From assembly GCA_035221665.1 (NCBI GenBank), contig CM069135.1, positions 29,202,001 through 29,266,000 of the forward strand: a DNA stretch of 64,000 nucleotides, written 5' to 3'. Below are positions 37,951 to 49,024 of this stretch, one piece after another. Position numbers and translations under genes: made by a program. The DNA is from Okamejei kenojei. Taxonomy: Eukaryota. How positions within the stretch are numbered: the first letter of the stretch is position 1; each line of letters opens with the position of its first letter. The notes below the pieces were generated by a model. The model did not search any database. It was not told the origin of the DNA and saw only the letters and a program-made list of their open reading frames with translations.

Positions 37951-40434
37951 CCTGGTGATTGAGATGCAGGCAAGGCACTAATTGCTGCTCATGGGTTGTA
38001 TTCATGTGCAGCGAGCCTGTGGCTGATCGTTGGTCGTCATGCGAACAGAGGTCTGATATCGTCAATGGTTAGTGCTGGTTAAAGGCAGACTGGGCCTCGT
38101 TAAATGGCTAAGGCATTGAAGCTGTAAGAAGTGGGTTGTCGATGGTATCTGTTTGAGCACTTGCTGAATGTGGCCGATGCGACGGCCTGCAAAGTTGTAC
38201 TTCCTCGGGATGCCCTCTGGAGGGGGCGGAATCAGCCGCAGTCCATGAAGATGCCTGAGTTCACGTGAAAACCACTCAAGGTGACGTGCGTGTAGTCAAC
38301 AGCTCCTTGCACCATGGGGACTCTTGCGAACCAAGCAAACTTCAGTGACTACAGGCGGTATGACCATCTGGCCTCTTCTCCTCTACGTTTCCAGGCCAGA
38401 TGAGGAACCCTGACCCAAAACATCAACTGTCCATTTCCCTCCACAGCTGCTGCCTGATTGTATACATTTCGGAATAGTTCCCTCCAGTTTATATCACCTA
38501 TCCGAATACGTTCTACCAAAATGCAACACTTCATGGTTATTAGTGTTATCATGGTTATCATGGTTAAATGCAACACTTCATGGTTTCACACAGAGAGTGG
38601 TGAATCTGTGGAATTCTCTGCCACAGAAGGTAGTTGAGGCCAGTTCGTTGGCCATATTTAAGAGGGAGTTGGATGTGGCCCCTGTGGCTAAAGGGATCAG
38701 GGGGTATGGCGAGAAGGCAGGTACAGGATACTGAGTTGGATGATCAGCCATGATCATATTGAATGGCGGTGCAGGCTCGAAGGGCCGAATGGCCTGCTCC
38801 TGCACCTAATTTCTATGTTTCTATGTTTCTATGTTAGCATTAACTTTCATCTCTAATCTTGCTGCCCATTCATTTATAGATTTCGGGACTGAGTGCAGGG
38901 AAAATGCAATCATTGCACCCTTGTTCAAATTGTTTTGCAGAAGCTGCCGCCAAAAATATTTCCCTGAAGATTATGCTTCTCACCCACATGTCCATTCCTT
39001 CTTCTGGCATCAACCATATTTCCTACTTCCCATCATTCTAAATTCTCAAGAGGCAAACGTTGTGGGCTGTCTCTGCCTGCAAGCAATAAACTGCAGCACC
39101 ACCCTTCAACTCACCAGAAAAAAAACCTTAATCCCACTCACACTCCTTTGAGACTAGTTTTGGCTGAGCATAAAAGGGTTCAGAGCGCAGGTACAAATAT
39201 AGGCAACACCTGGAGCATGTACAGTAATTCATCACTGAGCTTGGAAGTAATTTGTGATGTTTTTGAAAGGTTCTTGTGGAAGGCTTTTCATTCGTTTAAT
39301 GTGTGTTCAGCTTTGTGAGATTTAAAGGTTTGACTTTGATAACCAAGAATAATATCGCTGCCACAAATTAAAAGCTCAACTAGTGTGCTCTACATCTGTG
39401 GATTGTTAGTCCAAGTGTCCAAACACCATGAATGAGACGGGGCTGGCAAGGAGACCATTGGATGCCCTGTGCAGAACCTCCTTTGCCAGCAAGAGGATGT
39501 TGGCTTGCACTTGAATAAAATGCTATGTGGAGTCACAGAGAGATGCAGCAGGAAAATAGGCCCTTCGGCCCACCGAGCACATGCCGATCATTAACCGCCC
39601 ATTCACGCAATTCCGACAATAATCCCATATTTTGTTCTCACCGCATTCCCATCATCTTCCTCAGATTCTACCTCTCACCTACACTCTAGGGGATAACTCA
39701 CAGTGACCAATTATCCTACCAACTGGCAAGTCTTTGGGATGCGGGAGAAAACCGGAGCACCTGGGGAATTTAATGTGTAGTGGCCATTTAGCTTGTTTTG
39801 CATGTCATTGATGATGGCATGTGTCCTTAAATTTGAGACTGCCCGTTATGTTGTGTATGGGATTTATGATGTGATTGTGGGCGTGTTTGGAGCTAAGATG
39901 CTTGCGCAGAAGTTTTGATTTTAGTGTAGTTTTGTAGGTTAACCCTTCGACCATGTGAGACCAAAGGAGATCATGCGAGGTCTAAAGGAGATCATGCGAG
40001 ATGTAAAGGAGACCATGCAAAGTGTGACTGGGACACGTGGAGTTTTTAATGTTTAAAGCAACAAGCTGGAATTCGATGAAGATTGCAGTAACAAGTCTCG
40101 GAGAAATTTGGATGTATCTCACTGTTTTCTATCAACCATAAAGCATTTATTAATCTAAAGACTGTGTGTTGAAGCCATATCTGCGAAGAAGCTCTGAAGG
40201 TCTCTGTGAGTAAGCTGGCATGCGTATTGAAGATATTCCGCTTATCCCTGCTCATCCATTTAGCAGCTAGAGAGTTAATTTCTCGAACGATGTAAAAATC
40301 TTCCGCTACACATGCGGCCACAGGGAGAACGTGTAAACTCTAGATTTGAGGTCACGATTTAATATCTCCTGTGTTGTGAGGCAGCAGCTCTATTGGGTGT
40401 GCCACCATGCTGCTCAATTTTTCACACTATCCTG

Positions 40435-41290
40435 TATCACTAACTTTTTTGAGGGAGTGATGAAGGAGATTGATGATCGATTGATGATTGGTGGGGGTCA
40501 TGTACATGGATTTTATAAGTCTTTTGATAAGGTCCTTCATGGTAGGCAGATCCAGAAAATTAAGATGTTGGAGATTCAGGATAACTTGGTCGTATGCATT
40601 CAGAACTGGTTTATTCATAAAATACAGAGTTTTGTGGTGGAAGTTAGATATTCGGCTGGAGGGCTGTGACCAGTGAAGTTCTGTAGGGATCTGTGCTGGG
40701 ACCTCTGCTGTTTGTGATACTGTATATATGAATGACTTGGATATAAATGTGGATGGGTTGGTGAGTATGTTTGCTGACAACACCAAAATTAGAGGAGCAA
40801 TGAGAAATGCTCTCAGAAGATATAGCGGGAGATGGATCATCTGCAGAAATGGGTGGAGAAATAGCAGATGGATTTTAACCCAAGCAGTGTGAGGTGTTGC
40901 ACTTTGAGAGGTTGAATATAAGGGGAAAGTATACAGTAAATGCCAAGACCCTTAACATCCTGTGCAGAGGGATCTTGGAGTCCAAGTTCATAGCTCATTG
41001 AAGGTGGCAGCATGAGTAGATAGGGTGGTGAACTAGATGTATGATATGCTTGCCTTCATTGTAGGAGCATTGGATATAAGAAGCATTGGCTCTATCACCT
41101 TTTGTTTAGGCTGCATTGGGAGTATTGCGTGCAGTTCTGGTCACCCCATTACAGGAAAGGTGGAGGTTTTGGAGATGATGCAGAGGAGGTGTACCAGAAT
41201 GCTGCCTGGCTTTGATAGTTTCAGCCTCAGGGAGAGATTGGATAAATTTGGATTGTTTTCTCTGGAACTTTGGAATTTTGAGGGGAGACT
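40435..41290 (+). mobile_element. Old CR1 RT fragment
   Basis: Degenerate TNFFEGV, YMDF.KSFDKVLHGR, MFADNTKI, QFWSP motifs. Confidence 0.8.
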
Positions 41291-41292
41291 TA

Positions 41293-41854
41293 AGGGCCTG
41301 TCCCACCAGCATGCGACTGACTGACCTAATGTGGTCGCTTGAGCCATACGGCCTCGCGGGGCTGGTCCCACTTCGATCGCCGGAGCTGTACGGAGTTGTG
41401 CGGGGCTGGTCCCGACATCGTACGGGGCTCCGAAAAACTGACAATGTTCAAAAATCCCGCGCGGCAACGGTCTGTCGGTCCGCAGCAGCATTGAGGCCGT
41501 ACGCAGCGCCTTGACAGGCGTACGCAGCGTCTTGACAGCGTACGCAGCGTCTGGATGCCTTACGCTGCGTCTTGACAGCGTACGCAGCGTCTTGACAGGC
41601 GTACGCAGCGTCTGGATGCCTTACGCTGCGTCTTGACAGCGTATGCCTAGCGCGTGGCGTTGCTCGATGACGTCACCGCTCGGCGTGCCGTTGCGTGATG
41701 ACGTCACCGCCCGACGCCGTGCGACGTCCAAATTCAGTCGGCCCGCCTCCTGCCCAGCTGATTGGTGAGTATGATGTCGGGACCAGCTGCATAAGGCTCC
41801 ACCACATTTGGTCGCACTCGCCGCATGCAGTCGCATGCTGATGGGACAGGTCCT
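41293..41854. mobile_element. PIF/Harbinger-like MITE with internal tandem repeat
   Basis: TIR AGGGCCTGTCCCACCAGCATGCGACTG / CAGTCGCATGCTGATGGGACAGGTCCT; TTA TSD; ~20-bp CTTGACAG(G)CGTACGCAGCGT repeats at ~41500-41645. Confidence 0.85.
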
Positions 41855-42334
41855 TTAGTCATAGTGTCACAGAGTGAAGCAGTGTGGAAACAGGCCCTTC
41901 AGCCCAACTTGCCCACAGGCAGATGAGATTAGTTTAACGGGATTATGTTACAGCAGAAACATTGTATGCAAAAAGGCCCATTCCTGTGCTGTACTATTCT
42001 GTGTTCTAGGTTCTATCCTGTATCCACTTAAAATCCCAGTATTCCATGACAAAATTCTGAAGTTAAATGTTATCTCATGACTTATATTTGTAACAATAGA
42101 TGAGTTATTTATTAATAACGTACTTGCAACCTCTGCATCAGTAATTTGGCATTTGGATGGAACTGTCAGACTTCTGTCCTTAATTAGTTCCCTCTTGAGC
42201 AGTGGGCAGTCTATATTCCGCTGCGATTATGCAAGTAGAAAGTATTGCACCCTTGCAGCATATTGCAGGTTACTCAAACTCAATCGATTTCTGGGAACCA
42301 CGACATCTTCCCTCCTTAACATCCACAGCATCGT

Positions 42335-42362
42335 CTGAAGAAGGGTTCCAACCCGAAACGTC
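42335..42362 (+). ncRNA. Minimal type I hammerhead ribozyme core (Penelope-associated)
   Basis: CTGAAGA A GGGT TCCA ACCC GAAA CGTC at the start of a pseudo-LTR arm (to ~42462). Confidence 0.65.
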
Positions 42363-43303
42363 ACCCATCCTTTTTCTCCATAGATGCTGCCTGACACACT
42401 GAGTTACTCCAGCACGTTGTGATTATCTTCGGTATAAACCAGCATCTGCAGTTCCTTCCTTAACAATTGTTTGATTTTCCTGATGAATCAGAAAAATAAT
42501 GAGCAGGAGCAGGAATAGATTACTCGGCCTTTCAAGCCTGCTCCACCAAGTCAGAACTGATTTTCTACCTCAGGGTACAGGGTATCTAACTGTAGTATAC
42601 TCATATCCCTTGATTCCTTTAAAGGCCAGAAATCTATTGATCTCCGCTTTGATTCAACATAACAGTCGAGCCTCCCCAGCATAGGGGATTCCTAAAATTC
42701 ATTGCCATCTAGAACTCCAAAGATCCACTGCCTTCTGGAATTCTGGAACTCCAAATAGCCACCATTTTCTATGCTCGCAAAGCTCCACCGCCCTCTGGAA
42801 TTAGCAAAGGTTTCAATTAGATCCCCTTTCATTTTACTAAACTCTAGAGAATGCAGACCTAACGGGACACAGAGACTCTATTATCTGTGTAACCCTACTT
42901 GTGGATTTTCTCTGCACTGACGCAATGAACAGTATGCATTTCTTTAGTGTAGGATTTGAAAAATGGTGCACAAACACCAGGCCGATATATATATAAGAAG
43001 TTGCACCAACTTCTTTATTTCAGTACTCAAACCTTCTTGTAATTAAGACCAATATACCCTTTGCCTTCCGGATCACTAGCTTCACCTGCATGTTGACTTT
43101 TAACCTACAAGGATTGACTTGTCTCTCTGAGCATCAACACTACCCAATCCATCACCATTTGAAAAATGCTCATGGTTTTTTGTTTGGTGCACCAAAGTAC
43201 TGTATTTGTATTGACATTTTTCCACATCTGCCCAGTTCTGACATGTTCACGGAGTTTGTCCATATCCCCATGAATCTCCTTTATACCTTTCTTCCTACAC
43301 ATA

Positions 43304-43507
43304 CAGTGACTCCAACTCTCCCGCTTTCGGCGAGAGATCGCCCGCTGAAAGGGCATTTTCGCAAAATCTCTCGCTCTCCCGCTTGAGATATAATTTCTCC
43401 CGCCCGGGAGGGAGAAATTATATCACAAGCGGGAGAGCGGGAGATTTTGCGAAAATGCCCTTTCAGCGGGCGATCTCCCGCCGAAAGCGGGAGAGTTGGA
43501 GTCACTG
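43304..43507. mobile_element. 204-bp near-perfect palindromic MITE
   Basis: CAGTGACTCCAACTCTCCCG...CGGGAGAGTTGGAGTCACTG; CACATA direct repeat at 43298-43303 and 43508-43513. Confidence 0.9.
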
Positions 43508-44640
43508 CACATAATCCCTCCTGGGACTGTGCCATCAGATTCATTGGCTGCTTCCTTAAGCATCGCCCTTAATGGGTTCCATTTGTGACTGCAGTCTGTC
43601 AATGTGATAACCATTTAGATGCCAGCATGTGCCCATCATGAACTTTATGCAGGTTGCTCAGTGTAAGCACATCAAGGGAGGGCAGACTTTCCATAATCAC
43701 TTTCATTTTTTGATGATTAGATTACTTTCAGGCCATGCATTACCATAGCTCATAGAACGTAAAGAAGACCAACACAGGAACAGGCCAAACGTGATGCCAA
43801 GCTAAGCTACCCTCATCTGCATGCACAAGAAACATATACCACCATTCCCTGCACATCCGTGTGCCCATCTGAAAATCTCTTAAATGCCACTATTGTATCT
43901 GCCTCCACCATCAATCCTGGCAGTGGGTTCCAGGCACCCATCATCCTCTGTGTAAAACAATAGTGCCCTGCACATTTATTTGAAACTTTGCCCTTTCATC
44001 TTAAAAATATGTCTTCCAGTCTTTGCCATTTCTAGCCTGGGAAAAAGGTTCTATTGAAGCCTCTCATAACTTGACATACTTCAGTCAGGTCTCCAACTCA
44101 GCCTCCAACACTCCAGAGAAATTTTGCTTTGCGCAGCACTGATTTTGCTAAGTGTTATCATTTTGTGTACTATATCTACATCACATAAGTAATATGCTGT
44201 TCTGCCACTTTTTCTTTGCGACTGGTGAGTCATTTGTCAGGATTATATATGTTATCGGGAAATTAAACACCAATCGTCTGTTGAAATCGTGAAGAATATC
44301 AACAGTCACCTGATATTATGTAGAAGGTCATGTTAGAATTCTTGGATTTCAATATCATTTGTGATAAAAACCTGCCTCTCAACAGTTTATTAATGAAATA
44401 TCCTGGCATTTCCTCCATGAGGTGCAGTAACATGACACAAAGATTATTGTAAATTTGCTTCCACATCACATTGTTTAATGGGTCTTTGTCAATCAGTAGA
44501 TTTATTCATGGATTATAAATATATTGACAAATATGATGAATAACTAAGGCATATTTAGAACAATCAGAATTATTGTTTGGGCAGAAAAAGCTGGAGTAAC
44601 TCATCGCGACAGGCAACATCTCTGGAGAGAAGGAATGGGT

Positions 44641-44668
44641 GACGTTTCGGGTCGAGACCCTTCTTCAG
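44641..44668 (-). ncRNA. Minimal type I hammerhead ribozyme core (Penelope-associated)
   Basis: Minus CTGAAGA A GGGT CTCG ACCC GAAA CGTC within a Penelope 3' repeat (~44590-44721, resuming ~46262-46385). Confidence 0.65.
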
Positions 44669-44721
44669 ATTGAAAGTCACGGGAAAGGGAAATGAGAGAT
44701 ATAGACAAAGATGTAGAGATA

Positions 44722-46261
44722 TCTATGTTACTAAAAGTCTGATCTTGACCACTCCCTGTTGTTCTGTATATTGATTTTAGAAAAAACGCTGCCACTTACG
44801 GCTGTGATTTGTGGCCATCTTACTCAGAGTCCCCCTCCGCTGCGCAGGACAAGAGGATTTTTCCCATCGATGAAAAATAAAAAAGTTATTAGTGTTTAGA
44901 AAATGTTGAGATTCTCTCTCCTGAAGGCCACGCCCCTTCCGGAGGGACTATAAACCCAGAAGTATTTAGTGCCTCAGTCAGTCTCTGCAAGATGGGGGAG
45001 CGAGAGTGTCACGTCTCTCAGTCTGAGCTGTGAATAACACTGAACGCATGTCCGCCTGCCGAGAGCTTTTACTAGAGTCGGGCCCTGTATTAGAGCTCTC
45101 TCTCTCTCTCCCTGGGCTCTCCACTTTTCGCAGCACCCTCGCTCACCCGGCTCACCTCCTCCTCTCCCCCCTCCCACACACCCCCTTCTCCTCTCTCCCC
45201 TCTCCTCTCTCTCCCCCTTCCCACCTCATCTCACCCCCCCTCCTCTCTCCCCCCTTCCCCCTACTCTCTTCGCCCCTCCTCTCTCCCTTCTACTCTTGCT
45301 CCACCCTTCCCTCCCCCCTCTAACCTCCCTCCTCTCTCTCTCTCCCTCCTCTTCCCCCTCTCCCCCTCTACTCTCACCCCTCACTCCCCCCATCCCCCTT
45401 CCTCCCCCTCCTCTCACCCCCCACCTCTCTCCCGCCCTCCTCTCTCTCCCTCCTCTCTCCCCCTCCTCTCTCCACCCTCCTCTCTCCCCCCTCCTCTCTC
45501 TCTTCCTCCTCCCTCCCTCCCCCACCTCCCCCTCTACTCCCCATCTCTCCCTCTCTACTTTCTCTCCGCCTCCATCCCCCCTCTCCCCTCTCCTCCCCTC
45601 TACCCCCACCTCTCCTCCCTTCTCCTCCCTCTGTCCCCCTCCCCCCTCTGCCCCACCATCCCCACCACCCCCTCGACCCCCTCCTCCTCCCCCTCCACCC
45701 CTCCCTCCCCCCCACTCCTCCAACCCTCCTCTCTACCCCATCCTCTCTCCGCCCTCTCTCCCCCTTCCTCTCTCCCCCCTCCTTTCCCCTCTACTCTCTC
45801 TCCACCTCTCTCCCTTCCCCACTCCCCCATCCCCCTCTCCCCCCCCTCTCCCCCCCCCCCTCCTCTCTCCCCCTCATCTCCCCCTCCTCTCTCCCCCTCC
45901 TCTCTTCCCCCTCCTCCCCCTTCCACTCTCCCCTCTACTCTCCCCCCTCCCTCCCTCCTCTCCCCCCACTCCTCCAACCCTCCTCCCTACCCCATCCTCT
46001 CCCCTTCCTCTCTCTCCCCCTCTCTTTCCTCTACTCTCTCTACCCCCTCCCTCCCCTCCTCTATCCCGCCCTCTCTCCCCTCCTCTCTCCCACATATCTG
46101 AAGTCCCTCTCCCCTACACCCCCCTCTGTTTGCCCCCCACTCCCCCACTCTCCTCTCCTGCTCTCACCCCCCCATGTGTGTGTGGGGGGTGGTTAGTGTG
46201 TGTGTGACACCGTAGGCCGCCCCCCAAGGGGACGGGACCCAACGGGTCCCCCTTGGTCTAA
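44722..46261 (+). mobile_element. Non-autonomous Helitron-like element
   Basis: 5' end A|TCTATGTTACTAAAA; 3' GC hairpin GGGACCC-AAC-GGGTCCC (46234-46250) then GGTCTAA (CTRR); splits a Penelope repeat. Confidence 0.75.
45150..46172. repeat. About 1-kb C/T-rich polypyrimidine low-complexity tract
   Basis: Almost exclusively C and T on the plus strand. Confidence 0.97.
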
Positions 46262-46759
46262 GATATATATAAAACAATGAATGATAGATATGCAAAAAAG
46301 TAACGGTGATAAAGGAAAGGCCATTGTTATCTGTTTATTGGGTGAAAATGAGAAGCTGGCGCGACTTGGGAGGGGTGGAGAGAGAGGGACTTCAGATATG
46401 TGCCACGCTGACCAATTGATTCTTCTGCTGCTTCCCTTGTACAATGGACAGTTGTCTCCTGTCATGCATTCAGCGGTGGGGTGAAGTATTATAGTCACTA
46501 CAGGTTTTGCTTCGATGTACTAAAGTTAGTTTAGAGTCATAGAGCATGGAAACAGGCCCTTGGCACAACTCGCCGACATTGATCAAGGTGACCATGAGAG
46601 TTAATCCCATTTTCCCGCTTTTGTCACATAACCCTGTAAACCTTTCCTATTCATGTACCTGTCCAGGTGTCTTTTTAATATTGTATTGCACCTGCCTCAC
46701 CCACTTTAGCTGGCAGCTCATTCCATACACCCACCACCCTCTGTGTGAAAAAGTTGATG

Positions 46760-48472
46760 GGTGAACGGAAGGAGCAATCACTCTAATAGGATTAGAAACA
46801 TGCCCTCACTCAAATGGGATTATATTATAAACCACCTAAAACCAGCAGAAGAAAGTGGATCAGATATGTAGACAGATTATGGAAGGATGCAAGGACAACA
46901 GTGAAGGAACTTGTTTTAGTGGATGACTTTAACTTCCACAATATTGACTGGGACTTACTCAGAGTAAGAGGATTGGACGGGGCAGAATTTGTTTCCAAGT
47001 AGGTTTCCTTAAACAGTATTTGGATAGTCCAACTTGAGGAGGGACCTTACTGGACATTGTATTGGCGAACAACCCTGGCCAGATGACTGGTGTTACGGTG
47101 TTACTGGTTGAAGAGCATTTTGGAGATAGTGACCACATTCTAGAACTTTTAAGATTGTTTGGAATAGGGATAGGTCTGGGGAGGACTGCCGAAGGAAGGA
47201 ACTGTTTATACGGAAGATAGGCACAAAGTGCTGGAATAACTCAGTTTTTCTCCAGAGATGCTGCCTGACCCGCTGAGTTACTCCAGCACTATCTTCGGCT
47301 GTCGGAAGATACTCTATATAGACCAGCTACAGAAAAGGGTGATAAATGGAGTTTAATGTAAGGGGAAAGTATACTGTTAATGGCAAGACCCTTATTTGTA
47401 CCTAAGATTATTTGTACCCATGTGCTGTGTGCATTCCTGTGTATGTCTGTTTCATTTTGTGATTTTAACTACCTGCTCTGGTCTGTACAGCACTTTGGTC
47501 AACGTGGTTTGATTTTAAATGTGTCTTTATAAATAAATTTGATTTGATTTGATTTTAACAGCCTTGATGTGCAGAACGATTTAGGAATCCAAATTCATAA
47601 CTCACTGAAGGTGGCAGCACAAGTAGATAGGGTGGTAAAGAAGGCATATGGAATGCTTGCCTTTATTGTAAAGGCTCTGTCCCACGATGCGAGTTTACCC
47701 AAGAGCTCTCCCGAGTTTAAAAAAAAAATCAAACTCGTGGTAAGTACGTAGAATGCACGTAGCGGGTACGTCGGAGCTTGTGGATGTCTCGTGGTGGCTC
47801 GTAATGCTAACGGCAGGTACTCGGGAAACGCGGAAACGCGTGAAGTTTTTTCACTAGTGTGAAAAATTTCCAAGAGTAAAAAAATACTCGTACCATGAGT
47901 TTGATTTTTTTTGGGTGAACTCACATCGTGGGACAGGGGCTTTAGGAGTATTGAATATATGAGTCAGGAAGTCATGGTGCAGCCCAATAGGACTTTGGTT
48001 AGGCTGCTTTTAAAATATTGCGCGCAGTTCTGGTCGCCCCATTATAGGAGGATGTGGAGGCTTTGGAGAGGTGCGGTGGAGTTGACCAGAATGTTGCCTG
48101 GATTAGGGGGTTTCAGCTACAAGGAGAAGTTGGATAAACTTGGATTGTTTCCGCTGCAATGTCGGAGATTGAGGGAGAAGTGTATAAAATGATATGAGGC
48201 ATAGGTAAGGTAGACACAACCTTGTTCCCAGGATAGAAACGTCCAACGCTAGATAGGTATAAGGTGAGAGGAGGAAAGTGTAATAGAGATGTGCAGGGCA
48301 GGTTTTTCACACAGTGCCTGGAATGCATTGCCAAGGGTGGTGGTGGACGTAAGTATAATAGTGGTGTTTAAGAGGCTTTTAGATAGGCACATGCAAGTGT
48401 AAGGAAATAAGGGATATGGCACGAAAATTGTGGGCCGAGGGGCCATTCCTGTGCTGTACTGTTCTATGTTCT
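46760..48472 (+). mobile_element. Fragmented CR1 LINE with nested insertions
   Basis: APE piece GLYYKPP..DDFNFHNIDW; RT C-terminal NDLGIQIHNSLKVAAQVDRVVKKAYG, YCAQFWSPHY; (TTCTATG) tail. Confidence 0.75.
47672..47941. mobile_element. PIF/Harbinger-like MITE
   Basis: TIR AGGCTCTGTCCCACGATGCGAGTT / AACTCACATCGTGGGACAGGGGCT; TWA flanks (TAA left, TTA right); interrupts CR1 at LAFI|.SIEY. Confidence 0.8.
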
Positions 48473-49024
48473 ATAAGAATGAACATTTTAAACCACCAAT
48501 ATATGCAAAGCTCAGTAAGTTTCAACCCCAAAAAATGATATGGAATGTTGGCAGATCATGCAGTCCAAATGATGTGTGATTGCATTTTGCATGAAGCTGC
48601 TTCATAATTACATTAATTCCTTTCTTTTGCTGTATTCTTCCTCACAATGCATCAATTCTCACTCTACACACATCAATGCCACCACTTGGCTGCAAATTCA
48701 AAGTTATCGTTGCAATCTGCTTAAACACCTCATAATTTGCGATTTTATTTCTTATATTTGTGCACCCTGGTTCAAGACTTTTCCATAAGTAGAAACAATT
48801 ACTCCACATCCAAATTTAAAAACCAACAGTTAATTCCCTCTCAATTTTCTGTTTTGCACAAAGGAACCCCAGTCTGCTTAATCTTTCCTGAATGTAACAG
48901 CCTTGTAAATCTTTACTGTGTTTCATTCAGGGTTCCAACGTGCGATATGTAATTAAAAGATCACAATTGTTAAAAATACACTATGCTCATTTCAGCTAGA
49001 AATCTATACAAATTTCTAATTAAA

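Noticed and set aside
39962-40020. Three copies of a 21-bp unit (AAAGGAGATCATGCGAG)
   Set aside because: Ordinary small minisatellite with no further structure.
41500-41645. Repeat array resembling a CRISPR
   Set aside because: Contiguous ~20-bp units without unique spacers, inside a MITE in a vertebrate context; no cas genes.
45226-46207. Long Pro/Leu/Ser-rich and Gly/Arg/Glu-rich ORFs
   Set aside because: Products of the stop-free C/T low-complexity tract, not genes.
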